This document shows positions 38,101-50,949 of a stretch of 64,000 nt of DNA, piece by piece. The notes below the pieces were generated by a model. That model was not told the DNA's origin. It made no database searches and saw only the letters and a list, made by a program, of their open reading frames with translations. The DNA lies in NCBI GenBank assembly GCA_964276515.1, contig OZ193909.1, positions 4,092,001 to 4,156,000 of the forward strand, read 5' to 3'. Positions within the stretch are counted from its first letter, which is position 1; each line of letters starts with the position of its first letter. Source of the DNA: Gordius albopunctatus. Its lineage: Eukaryota. Position numbers and translations under genes: made by a program.

Positions 38101-41100
38101 TTTCGTTAACCTTTATTTCGAAATAGGCATCCTTGAGGTCCAAAACGCTAAAATATTTAAAACCGCCTAGTTGAGCAAATATATCCTGAATTCGTGGCAA
38201 AGGATATTTTTCAATTAAGAGGTGCTTTTTTAAATCACGGAAGTCGCCGCAAATACGGATGCTTCCGTTATTTTTAATAACAGCTACAATAGGAGCAGCA
38301 TGTTCAGCATATTTTATGGTTTTAAGATACCTTCTTTAACTAACCTATCTAATTCTTCGTCAATTTTAGGTTTTAACATATAGGGAATAGATCTAGGGCG
38401 GAAAAAACGTGGACACAACTCATCTTCTAATTTAAGCTTTGCTTCATACCCGATTACCCCTTCCAATTTATTCTCAAACAATACCGGGTATTTTTGAATA
38501 ATATTATTGGTAACAACATCATCGTTGGTATGGTTAATCTTGTATCGTTGGAAGGGTTTGTTTTGCTCCCAATCCTCAGCTAGCTGACGTAATATGTGTG
38601 GAAATATCCTTAACCAGTCTCTTCCCAAAATATTTTGCCCGTTCCCATCAGCGACGTAAAGCAAGAGTTGGTGGGTTGCGTCTTCTTCTTGCACGATTAC
38701 TCTTGCCGATCCCTTTAGCGGTATAGGCGAACCATCATAACCCTTTAACTCGGTACAACCCGGTTGAGTTGTAAAGTGAGCCCCATTGAGAGAATTAATC
38801 AAGGTGACTGCTGAACCGGTGTCAATTTCAAAAGTTAAAATACGGTAATTTACCTTCAAAGCATAGCATGGCCGCAAAGAGTCTTTTAAATGGAAATAAT
38901 CTAATGAGGAAACCTGTTTGACACGGCATATCTTTCCGATATGGCCTTAGGTATGACATTTATAACACGTCGCAAAACGTAATTTACAGTTGAATCGAAG
39001 GTGGTTCCCCCACATGCGAAACATTTCATATTTGATGCTGGGTGTTTGTTAGTCACTGTATGAACGGGTTCCAATTGTTGGGTCAACATATGGCTTTGGA
39101 ATCTTCCCCGTTCCATTGATCTCGCAATATCTAATGCCCCTTTCCATGTCAGATTATGTATAATCAATAGTCGCTCCACAATCTTATTATTATGTAACCC
39201 CGCAACGAACCGATCCCTTAGATTTTCTTCGAGAGAGGCTCCAAAGTTGCAATTTATAGATATACCTTTCAGTTTAGCAGCAAAGGCATCAATATTTTCA
39301 CCTTCTATTTGTACGTATTTGTGGAATTTATATCTATGGACAATAGCACTCAGAGAGGGAGCGAAAAAACTTTTCAAGGTGGACACTATTTCATCGAACG
39401 TTTTTTGTAACGGGTCCGAAGGATAAAGAAGATTGATCAGTAGTTCGTAATTATCCGACCCGCATACCGTCAAGAACAGGGATTCCTTATCGCCGCCAAC
39501 TACTAGATGATAATGATTAAATTGCGAAATATACAGGTCAATATTATCAGAAGGACTATATGGGTGGAAAGTAAGGGAAGAAATCGACCGCGCCATTTGA
39601 TGAGACTTAATCTATTTATTTTGGAATCTTAACTACCAAACACGTAAAAGTCTAAATAAGTAATAGAGATTTTGTATATATAGGGTCAGATCGCGTGATG
39701 GTAGGGTGATCGCGTGATGGTGGGGTGATTGCGTGATAGTGACTTGATAATTAATATCATTTGAATAAACATAATTTGAATAAACGCGCATGGTGCAGTA
39801 TACAGACGCGCATGGTGCAGTTTCAGTATACAACAATAATCGTGCTTGCTCTCCATTGATTAGGGATTCGCTCTTCTACCAATATCTTGTTAAGGAGGTT
39901 CGTCATGGTGGTGACTCCTTCTTAACGACATCCGAGCAATGCTTCCATAGGTATTCAATCTGGGCCATTTGCTTTTCCTTTTTGCATCTTATTCATTTGT
40001 GTCCTAATTTCATCCTCCTGGAAGAGTTCGACCATACTTATATTTAGCTCAATTTCGGGAAGGAAATCCTTGTCATTTGCAATATTCATAAGTTTCTTAA
40101 AATATCCTTTCCACCTTTCCATCACTTCTTTCGGCTTGAATAAGGTTTGATCCTTTTAGCTTTTGATTATTTTAAGAACTCCGACATCGCGACTTTTCTT
40201 CTCCCTTATCTTGGCCAATTTGTACATAGGCCTATCGTCCCCTTTATGATCCAGTTTGTTTGCCATCTCGGTGTACGCGGCATTCTTTGCTTTTGCAACG
40301 GCCTTTTTTGCGGCCCTCTTTGCGTAGCCGTACTCTTGATAATCCTCCGACTTTTTTGATTTATGCCACCATCTATATAGATTTTTCTTTCTTTTGATGA
40401 AATCTTTAACCGATTGATCCGACCACCGTAGTTCCCTATTCATAACTTTGTCTCCTCTGGTCTGTCCTAGAAGACGAATCGCTGTTTCCTAAATGTCCTT
40501 AGATAGCGTCTCCCAATCGTTGTCTACGTCCCTTTGCAACTTCCTTGCAACCAAGAGTGGGCAGGCTTTTTGATCGTATTATTTGTTCGTTGACGTATCC
40601 TTTAGCCTTTCGTATCGAATTAGAGGTTCATAGACCTTTCTTCCTTCGGGAAATACTCTTCTAGATTCATAACAAGGGGACGATGTTGCCTGGCGATTTC
40701 TTCTCCCGATATTACTTTGCAATCATTGATACTCCATAATTCCTTTCGCCGTATAAGCAAATATTCGATTTGACTAAAATGCTTCCCACTTCTATAGGTC
40801 ACAATATGATCTTCGCGCTTTTGAAATAGGTGTTAGCGATCGCCATGTCATATGCTTGGGATACTTGGAGAAGTTTTTCCCCTTCTTTGTTCTTCAGACC
40901 ATGCCCATAGACTCCATGATTGCGTTCATACCCGAGGCAATGTTTCCCAACGTGAGCGTTGAAATCTGCCCCCAATAATTAGCCTTTCTTCCTGTCCTAT
41001 TCCTTGTATTTCCTTTTCAAATGGAGCGAAGAAAATGTCTTTCTCTGATTCCAAACATCCAATTTGGGGAGCATACGCGCACATAACGGTTAGGAGGCCC

Positions 41101-41616
41101 CGTTGATCTGCAATCTTCACCCACATTAGCCTGTCGGAACAACGCTTTACTTCCACCACCTTGTCCTTGAACGATTCACTTAGAACGATACCGACCCCGT
41201 TTCTACGATTTGATGACCCACTGTAGAAAAGCTTGTATCCTTCTCCTAATTCCCGAGCTTTCGTTCCGTTCCACCTCGTCTCTTGTAGGCAGGCGATGTG
41301 TACCTTTCTTCTTTTTAGCATCTGTGCGACCTTGATGCTCTTCCCCGTCAACGTTCCCATATTCCAGCACGTAATTCGCATTCTTTCCACAACTAGTTTC
41401 CTTAACCGCCTTTGTTGTGAGTTAGGCAGTAACCTTAGTGTATTTTTCACATTACACGGGCGGGGTATACAATGCGCGTCGTTTTTGGAGGACGCCCTAG
41501 CCTTTTCTTGTAAAATCTTGTTTGAAACTATCATAATTTTGGAGTTGGTTTTTATAGCCGGTTTCTAACCAAACGCCAACCCTACACATTTTGCACACGG
41601 ACTTGGTACCGTCGCA
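35169..41616 (-). mobile_element. RTE LINE interrupted by a Gypsy element and missing most of its RT
   Basis: 5' UTR/APE part at 39834-41616 and 3' part at 35169-35668, both closely related to the RTE at 13286-16300. Confidence 0.9.
35670..39833 (-). mobile_element. Ty3/Gypsy LTR retrotransposon, near-intact gag-pol, 3' LTR truncated
   Basis: 5' LTR ~39598-39833 (TGTTGTATAC..), PBS TGGCGCGGTCGA, gag (LRDRFVAGL), protease DTGS, RT YLDD, RNase H, integrase (DNGPQF, YHPRSNGEAERFVRT). The PPT AAGGGGGTAGGAGA is followed by only ~32 bp of 3' LTR. Confidence 0.93.
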
Positions 41617-44456
41617 GGCAGTGTTTTTTTTCACTTGTTTAATAATTGTAATAAATCAGGAGAAATTTTTATTTATTGGAAAAAATTCTCATCTAGACGA
41701 ATTCAAAATTTATCTAGACTGAGACGAGATTCTCATAATCCACCCGATACGAGAGTATGCTACCTAGATCGAGACAAGATCGAAACACTAAAATTTACAT
41801 TGAATATAAGTTTGTTGGAAACTTATATTCAATGTCACTCAATCAATAAAAGACTGTAATAAACATTTTAATATACGATACATTGAGAAATTATTTAATT
41901 ATTAGCCATAAAATGTATTACAGATCATAAGTTTAGTATAAATATTAAAACTGTATAAGATAATCACAAAATTTTAGTAAGTTTAGTCATTTTAACAGAG
42001 ATGGGAGAGACTTTTGCCATTCAATGTGTTCGCTTTTCTGCTTAGAGGTAACAAAAGGTTTTATAATATAATTAACATGTTTTATTATATTTAAAATTAA
42101 TTAATAAATTGCGGGTTTGTTAATAATTTGAAGAAGATAATATAGGGATAAATATAATTAAATTGTCCATAGATGGCTCTAATGTACTTTTAATTTGATT
42201 TTAATAATTTGAATGTAAGTTCGTTTTAAAAAGACCTGTTGAGAATCAATAACAGTATTATTATTAGTATCTACCTTGGATTGTTGAGGATTACCTACAT
42301 CTTAATCATAAAATTGAAATACTAAAAATTATGCTCCTAGCTAAATCTTTAGTTGTGCAACCCTTTACACATAATTTTGTAATTATATGATTTTTGCATC
42401 AACAGCCAAACCATTTAGAGCAAGTATAACTCCTCTTCATTCATTTTAAGTTGCTTTGGTTGGTGTTTAAATTTTTCTTCACTTTAAATGTTAATACATA
42501 AAATACCTAATTAAAATACTTAATATATGGTTGTGTTCTGAATTTAAATTTTTAAGAACAAATGCATAGTTGTCACCGGTTGATAAGAAATTGGAGGACT
42601 TGAAGCTTAAGCAATTGTTTTTTCTTTCAACGTTTTTCTTATGGCTGCGGAATTGCTTTTAAACTTCTTTCGCCTCTAACCCAATAATATTTACTTGACT
42701 TATATTTAAATCTTGTTATGATATCTTGAGGATATTGCCTTTTGTACCTGTGGGGATGTTTCTGTGTAGAAATCCGTAAAGATTTTCTTTTCCCCTTGTA
42801 TTTTTGCTTGATGCAAGATATTATTTCAAAATGTCCACAAAATTTTATTCTATGGCAAAATAGAATTTGAAAACCGGATCCTAGATCTAGACAAAAATTT
42901 TGATGTCGAGGCGAGACGATACGAGATTTTTTCGGCGAGATCTCGGCTCAAATTTTTATAGGGATTATAAAATTTTAGTAAATTTAAAAGTGTATTTTTA
43001 TATTTTTATTTTGAATGTTTCACAGGTATTAGATGTAAATATTAAATGTAAATTAATATTATTGAATATATTTGATATTAAAAAGGCACCCAAGTTTAGT
43101 AAATCTTACTTATTTTTTTTTAATTTTGGTAATTTTAGTTCATTTACCTAAGTAGGAGTGGCCCTTAGGGTACGTGAATAATTTAATAATATATTTGTCT
43201 CCTAGCATTATTATATATTACCAAATTTTGGGCTTTGAATAAGATCTGATGGGCTATTAAATATTACTAAAGCATTTTAAATTTTGCTATATCTCATTTT
43301 GCCTGATGTGGTGATATTAAATAAAATTGGTGGTCAATTGTTTAAATAATTATACAACAAAAGCTAAAATGGCTCGAGATATTTAAGCCCCCTAGCGTTT
43401 AAAAGTATATTCGAATGTTCGATGACACCGTAATAAATTAAATTATGAGTTTTCTATCAGCTTTTATAACTCCTAAATTTTTGGACGTTACAAGATATTA
43501 GGTGATGAATACATTTTTTGTCATGTGCATTACTTTTCACATTCGGGGTTGGCATGTGCATTTGAATTTACTACAAGTTTTATAACTGTGGCAATTTTGC
43601 AACACGATCTATACTATACTAGATAAATAAATATTTAATGGCGAAGTTAGTTAGAACTAGAAGGTAATTATTTAGAATACAAATTTGATTAAAATGTTTG
43701 TCATTGTCATATATGTCACATATTGATTCTTTGAAGAGGAGCAACGAGAGGTGCGGCATATGGGGAGTCGTGAAAGACGATCAACCAGAGGCGCAGGGTA
43801 ATTACCAGGTGCTGGACGATAGCAAGTGAGAGACAAAATAAATCTAGGAAGAGTAACGGGAAGGACGCAAAGGAGAATAACACCTGGCGCGGGACACACA
43901 AAGAGAGTATTATCAGAGGCAATAACAACTGGTGGAAGGAATGACAACTGGCGCGAGACACGAGAAAAAAAGAAGTGTATTCGAATAAAAGGGGACATCG
44001 GCGCACATACAATATCAATTAATAAATTTTCTTGGATATAAATCGTTTGTGGCATAATTTTTACTGGAAATAAAATATTTATCGGAAGTACGAATTATTC
44101 TCAGACCTAATATTGGACTGACGGTTTATTCGAGGACGAATTATTCTCTGACATAATTTTGGACTGACGGTTTAGTCACGGACATAATATTGGCGCCCAA
44201 CGTGAAATTTATTATTTTGGAAATAATAAACCAGGATTGCAATACGAATTGGGAGGCCTGCAATTATTCGGTGAGGACAAAATAAGGCAACAGGATTTGT
44301 AACGTATTCTGGAATACGCGTTACAACTAAGTAAGTTGATGGTAAAGATTTATGTGTATGTTCTCATATTTGTACTTATTTTATTAAATTGGGCGGTAAT
44401 TAAGAAAAAGTTGTGTCGATTGGTATTAAACATTGTAATTAGGCTTCTCGTGAACA

Positions 44457-44747
44457 ATGTATATTAAACGTGGATATATAACAGATTACTATGTATATAT
44501 TAGTTGTTTTTGTATAGGGCTTACTGTTAACGTCATTTTGAATTGTATAGTGGCATGTTGTAAACGGTGTGAGACATGCCGTGGAGAGAGGAGGAGAGAT
44601 AGAGATTGGGTAGCTAAAGGCTACAAATGTGGAGAAATCGGGCATGAAACGCGTGCATGTCCGAGAGGTATTCCGCAGTTAATATGTTTTATATGTAGAG
44701 GGTAAGGACATAGGGCGAGGGAATGCCCTAGGCGTGTACAAGCGTGA
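44457..44747 (+). CDS. Small ORF: hydrophobic segment plus two CCHC-type zinc knuckles (both damaged)
   Basis: YISCFCIGLTVNVILNCIVA.. then (G)YKCGEIGHETRAC and CFICRG*GHRAREC. Confidence 0.55.
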
Positions 44748-44795
44748 CGTTTAAGGAGCCGAGGTGGACTCCGTGTTTGGATAAGACGGAGCACC

Positions 44796-45647
44796 TTGTA
44801 TTGTAAAGATATTTTTTGCGCGTTAATTAGATATATTATTTTTTTTATGCATGAGGTTTTCTGTATTATATTTAGTGTTTGGAAATTTTGCATAGATGTA
44901 CTCCTATATGGGGTGAGACGGGGCACATTTAATTGTAAAAATATTATTAGCTTTCTCGTTTGGTATAGTAGAAGTCTATTGCATGTGATGTTTTTAATTA
45001 TACTTATAATATGTAAATTTGTCATAGATACTTATATATATTGTGTACAGCAGGAGCTACGTATATATGGTAGGATGGGGAGAAGTGCCTATAAATTAGG
45101 GGCATATCTACTTAGTTCCTTTAAAAGGGTGAGTCTTAAAGTGGTGTGGGTAAGTTTGTATTTAGTCGGTGTTCTGTATAATGCGGTGATTTTAGTCGTA
45201 AATGGGAGTGTTAGTAGCACGGACAGGTGCTGGTACATATTGTTTTGGTACTGTGTGAAATACATAGTTGTAGTAAGGAGGGCAGTTAGGAGATATAGAA
45301 AGAATAAGTTTTTTATGCTTAATAAGCGACAGCGGTGGGAAATGGTCGTTAGAGTGTTAACCCTAGGGAGAAGGGGGAGGGCTAGGTGTGGCGGGGCAAG
45401 GGGCAACAAAGGGGAAAAAAGTAAGGGGCACAATCCAAGCAATATTATAATGTGTAGTGTACACTGTAAAGGAGATGTGGGATGGAAAGGAGAGGATAGG
45501 AAAGAGGTTGACTGTCCAGAAGGTGACAGACATGGTATTACTTACGCTAAAGGGTATATATTTTTCCACTTTCACAAAAAGAAAGGGTTAGGGGGAAAGT
45601 ATTTATGTTTCAGAGTATATGATCTCCGACTTATCTATCATTTTTAA
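44796..45647 (+). CDS. Hypothetical 283-aa hydrophobic/basic ORF inside the LTR element
   Basis: ORF track; several hydrophobic stretches followed by an Arg/Gly/Lys-rich tract. No recognised domain. Confidence 0.3.
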   Translation: MYCKDIFCALIRYIIFFMHEVFCIIFSVWKFCIDVLLYGVRRGTFNCKNIISFLVWYSRSLLHVMFLIILIICKFVIDTYIYCVQQELRIYGRMGRSAYKLGAYLLSSFKRVSLKVVWVSLYLVGVLYNAVILVVNGSVSSTDRCWYILFWYCVKYIVVVRRAVRRYRKNKFFMLNKRQRWEMVVRVLTLGRRGRARCGGARGNKGEKSKGHNPSNIIMCSVHCKGDVGWKGEDRKEVDCPEGDRHGITYAKGYIFFHFHKKKGLGGKYLCFRVYDLRLIYHF

Positions 45648-48234
45648 TTGCACTATACTGCTAGCTTACTCTATTCTACCTAACTCTTTGCTATGTGTCT
45701 GTCATTTGTATATGATCTAACTTTTTCATATTTATATCTCCTTCATTAATGATTATGTTGTGGTTACTATACCTATTGTGGCAGAGAGCCTTTAAAAAAA
45801 AAAAGAGGAAGTAAAAAGAGATGTATGAGTTGAGAAATTGTATTTCTCACTATCACGATTTCGCAGAATATTATGTACAAAATCGTAACATAAGAATTGT
45901 ATTACGCACTTCGGGTATAATATAGTGTCGCGGAAGTGAAGAATTAATATGTATGTTGCAATATTTATATATTGGTATGCTGTATATGACTCATTCACTT
46001 AAAAAAAAAAGAAAATAAAAAAAAATAATAATAAAAAAAAAATAAATAAAAAAAAAATAATAAAAAAAAAAAATAAATAATTTAAAGTATCAAAGGTGAA
46101 GTGAGGTATTATTGCGATGTTGTATGTGTACTTGGATAGTATTTCGGTGTTATATCAGTTGTTTTATACGGATGGATTATAGTATTTCCGTTTTATATTC
46201 ATTTTCTCATATTTCTATTGTATAATTATAGTCGTGTATGTTTACTTTATTTTTATATTCTCATATTTTTATTGTGTATTTATATTCTCATATTGGTATT
46301 GGGTATTTTTATGCTCATTCGGTTTATATATTACTTATGCCACATTGTTCGGGTAGCTGTAGTGTGTTGTCGATGTAAAACTGTAAAGACATGTAACGAT
46401 GGATTTGAAATATCGTGGCTGGGTTGAGATGTATATCAGGAAAGATATATGAATATTGTAATCTTTTTATTGTGGACTTATACTCGTATGAGTTATTGAG
46501 AGAAAGCGTCTAAGGATGTATAACGTCAAAGGGGAAATAGCAAGGTTGTATTCAAATGTTATTACGGAAATTGTGAATATCGCTATTGTTATTACGCGGA
46601 GTGTCCGTATAAAAATATAGTGTATTATTGTAGTCGGTGTATATCGCGCGCAGTTATTAGTGTATAAATATTTGGGAGGGCGTAGTAACCTAAAGACGGA
46701 ATCACGTCGGAACTATGGGTATCGGAATTGGGGCGAGCAAAGAAAAGGGAAAAGAGTAAAAAAGGGAGATGTCATATATGTCACATATTGATTCTTTGAA
46801 GAGGAGCAACGAGAGGTGCGGCATATGGGGAGTCGTGAAAGACGATCAACCAGAGGCGCAGGGTAATTACCAGGTGCGGGACGATAGCAAGTGAGAGACA
46901 AAATAAATCTAGGAAGAGTAACGGGAAGGACGCAAAGGAGAATAACAACTGGCGCGGGACACACAAAGAGAGTATTATCAGAGGCAATAACAACTGGTGG
47001 AAGGAATGACAACTGGTGCAAGACACGAGAAGAAAAGAAGTGTATCCGAATAAAAGGGGACATCGGCGCACATACAATATCAATTAATAAATTTTCTTGG
47101 ATATAAATCGTTTGTGGCATAATTTTTACTGGAAATAAAATATTTATCGGAAGTACGAATTATTCTCAGACCTAATATTGGACTGACGGTTTATTCGAGG
47201 ACGAATTATTCTCTGACATAATTTTGGACTGACGGTTTAGTCACGGACATAATAGTCATAAAATAAAATACGCCTGCTTTCATTTAAAGTGTACAATTAT
47301 ATGTTCTTGATCCTTTGATAATGCCACTTTTATTGTTGTTTTACGTTATAATATGTGCAACTAATTATCAATTCTTTAAATAATATTATTATCATTAAAA
47401 ATCACTGTCATTTTGTGGATTATAACGCTATAAGTAAGTCAAATATAGGTGAACTTATAAATTTTCAAGTCTTTTACATTTGACAGACACGGTGAATTAG
47501 ATAAAATGTTGAATTTGCTGGAACTATAAATTCGACTTTATATACATCAAAATTATTTATAGTTTATTTTTGATTTGCACTTTCCATAGAAAGTTTTATC
47601 TGTATGAATTAGTTCATATCTTTATTTTGTCAATGAAATGTCGTGTCGTGCTAGATATTTAAGAAGTTTGCGTATTTAGGTTTTTAGAAAAATATAAAAA
47701 GTTTTCCATTTGGATTTTTTTATCACTTATTTAATATTTTTAACAAAATATAAGAAATTTTAATTTTGTATAAATTTTTTATAAAATAAAACGAGACAAG
47801 TCGAGAATTCTCGTCGAGACGTGATCGAGATTTTTCTAAACCGAGACGAGATCTTGTGAAAGGGTTTTGTTGAATTTATTATAAGAGGGAGATTATCCAC
47901 TGTTTTAATGAATTTTTTGAAACAAACTTATTCTTCTCTATGACATTAAAAGATTGCACCTTTTAAAATCAATGAGGCTATTTATCAAGTCTATCCTGTT
48001 TACTTATACTTTAAGGATGTCGCTGAGCTCTTTATTTAGATACTGACCACATGAAAAATCATTCACGGTTATTGAGATAATTTTTTTCAAGATCGACATG
48101 TTCATTACATTACTCTGCTTCGGTGAGTTTTTAATTTTTAATTCAAAAATTATTATGTTATAATTTTTTTTATCCTTAACACTCTTAACTGCGAGTTTGA
48201 GTGCAGACGTTAACACACAGGTCATTAGTAAGCA

Positions 48235-49705
48235 TCAAAATGGACCAAAATTACGTATTTTCACCGTTTAACCTTAAAATTGCCATGTACATATATACGC
48301 GGCGGGAACTAGAGATGAAACCTGCTACGCTGAACTAGGAAATATTTCGCAGCAGTCTTTCACACACGATTACATTAGAAGGTAGTCAGGTTTTTTGAGC
48401 AAATACCAAGACTACGAAAACGATGCAACCAAAATTAAAATATTAAATTAGCTATTTGTCAATAATAGAATGACTATACATCCAAATTATGCTAACGCCG
48501 TAAAGAAAATATTTGGGGCCTTGGGGACCCCGACTAGTTACAATTCACCAGATTGAACTATTAAAGCCATCCATTGATGGCTCAGGCTACTCGTAACAAA
48601 ATTCGGGATTTTTTTCCCCCGGAGATATTACAAGCAACAATCTTATAGCTTCTGTCAGCACTCTCTATTTTAAAGGACTGTGGGAGGTTCCGTTTGATAA
48701 GAGCTAATTTTTTAAGTCCACTTTATATTTTCTAATTAATTTTTGAAGATGAACGACTCAGCAAAATTTTCATACAGAAGACGGTCGATATGTCTTAACA
48801 CCCGTGATGAATATTGCTTAATTAGAGATCGAACAAAATACAGACATGAGAGATTTGGCCAATTATTTAATCTTGAATCACAAAGAGACCTAATTCAAAA
48901 CGGTCCTAATTCTTCCCAATTCCAAATCAACGTTAAAAGCACTCAAATACAAACTTTTTATGGATCCTAATATATTAGTGAATGCACTCAAGAAAGCTTC
49001 CATCAAAATTCCTAACATTTCCATACCCCTGATTGATCGTAAAACAAACTTGCAGATAGTATCGAGGTTGTTTCCAATAATGGTAATTTAGGATTGATAA
49101 AATGGGAGGGTGGAAATGGGTTTACATATTTCGGTCGTCCAGCGACCATTATCAATAAAAAAAAGGGTAAATTACAAGTGATGTGGATTACAAATAAGGA
49201 ACGAAGGACGATTTGATAATGGTCGCTGGACGACCGAAATATCTAAACCCATTTCCACCCTCCCATTTTATCAATCCTAAATTACCATTAGTGGAAACAA
49301 ATTGGATACTACATAATGGATTGGTATTACATAATTATATTAAACTTGCAGATGAACACGATATTGGCGAATTCTAATCTAAGTTGCATCTTTAAGTAAC
49401 TATCGATATATATTTGGAGATGAATTTTATGTATAAATGTATATAACTGAACTTCCATTATGCATGTTTCCAGCCATAGTTTGAACAATATCGTCAAATC
49501 ACGAGCCTTGTCGTTGGATAAAATGGTTCATAAAGTCAATTTTCAAATGAACGAAAAAGGAAGTAAAGGGGCAGCGGCCACTGGTGGAGCCCTCGAAGAT
49601 AGAGCATTTGACAATATGTTTTTTAATAGACCGTTCTTGCATTTACTAATCGAAGTTGAGTCTGGAAATGTTTTATTTCCGGGAAGATATTCAACCCCAG
49701 ATTAA
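48235..49705 (+). pseudogene. Serpin pseudogene
   Basis: NYVFSPFNL, LFVNNRMTIHPNYANAVKKIF, TLYFKGLWEVPFDK, and MNEKGSKGAAAT..FFNRPFL..NVLFPGRYSTP. Stops, frameshifts and a foldback insertion. Confidence 0.85.
49057..49341. mobile_element. Foldback (hairpin) insertion in the serpin
   Basis: ~98-bp inverted arms (49057-49154 and 49213-49311) around a ~58-bp spacer, then 30 nt extra. Flanked by the duplication aaacttgcaga. Confidence 0.85.
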
Positions 49706-50439
49706 AGGCGATCGACCGAGACGCATTATGATGCATTTTTTTGAAATTTATAATCAAAAATATATGTAACACAAAATTAGTTTAGATGATTGCATACATT
49801 TAAATATTATAGAAATGTTCTGTTTATATATAACGCTTAGCCATCATATGGGTTAACAAGTGAGGAAGAATTGAAAAAAACTTCTGGTGAGCCACAGTGA
49901 AAATCAAGATTAGCAAAGTAAAATCGTCGAAAAAAGACACACTTTTGAAAGTTTAAGGATTTTTACCATTCTTTATAGGTGATTGAGAAGCATGCCTTTT
50001 GAAAATAAAAATCCCAGCGAATAAGATACTCGATATTATTATGGTAATTATAATCTTATTATTATATTTAAATCATATTCAGTAATTTTGTAAGAAATTT
50101 TTATATATTTTTTATATGCGCACTTTCTATCCTTTATTTCCTACTATTAAAAATGTACAAAATGTGTAATAACAACTAATAACGATCAACCAATCGAATG
50201 ATGATTTCTAGAAAATATATGTAAGTATTAATGTAAGTGTTGGACGATGGCTGTGAGAAATTGCCGTGAAATTAATCCGCTAGAATGAGCGACGACTACG
50301 AGTAAATTTAAGGTATTGGGTAAGGGGGACCGTTTGGTTCTTCCTTCATGCTACCGCTTGACCCACGAGATTCAAAGATGAAAAATAAAATATCCCCCCC
50401 CCGCCCCACAGGACTAACGAGTAGAAAAATAAATATATC

Positions 50440-50688
50440 ATTGTATCATGGTCAAATGCCCGCTATTTACACCTTGTCGATGCACTTCTCATTTGCATGA
50501 GGGATGCCGACAGTTCCATGTACTGCACATCTCCACTAATATGAGGCATGCTTTTTATATATTTGCCTGCTTATAATTAGTGCCCATTATTCACATAACT
50601 AATTTTAGTTGGCAAGATACAACAGGCTCTCCTTCCTAGCTCATTTGCATAAGCGAGTAAGTAAAGTGATTCAACTAAAACTACAACA
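50440..50688 (-). repeat. Dispersed repeat / probable solo-LTR family (copy 3)
   Basis: Reverse complement of 6292-6540, also starting TGTTGTAG. Confidence 0.6.
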
Positions 50689-50949
50689 ATATTCAATATT
50701 TCCTGGTTGTTTTGTTATTTAAAAGAATTGACTTTTCTACTAATAGTCAATTTTCAGTAAAAATGTTGTTAAACATTTGATTTATATTTTAAACTTAATT
50801 TTGGCAATTTCGGACACAGATTTAGAAATAAAGTTGACATATATGGGGTGATAAACTATCGTCTCTATTGATAAAAAATGTCCTAACCCTTTCGTCACAG
50901 ATATTAAATAAAAATAAGATTTTTTAATCAACTAACAAATTTTTTATAT

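Larger units (their letters stand above)
43705..47254 (+). mobile_element. Non-autonomous LTR retroelement, young and structurally complete
   Basis: 485-bp LTRs at 43705-44189 and 46770-47254 (about six substitutions seen). 5-bp TSD GTCAT, PBS TGGCGCCCAACGTG at 44191, PPT AAAAGGGAGA. No protease, RT or integrase motifs seen internally. Confidence 0.93.

Noticed and set aside
21555..41790. 20-kb composite hAT transposon carrying the RCC1-domain gene (21-bp inverted ends with 2 mismatches)
   Set aside because: The flanks (gttttacg vs aaatttac) do not form a TSD, and several other ends of this family occur nearby, so the pairing is probably coincidental.
43672..44055. ORFs of 71-135 aa here and at 46713-47120
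   Set aside because: They lie wholly within the LTRs; their duplication is explained by LTR identity.
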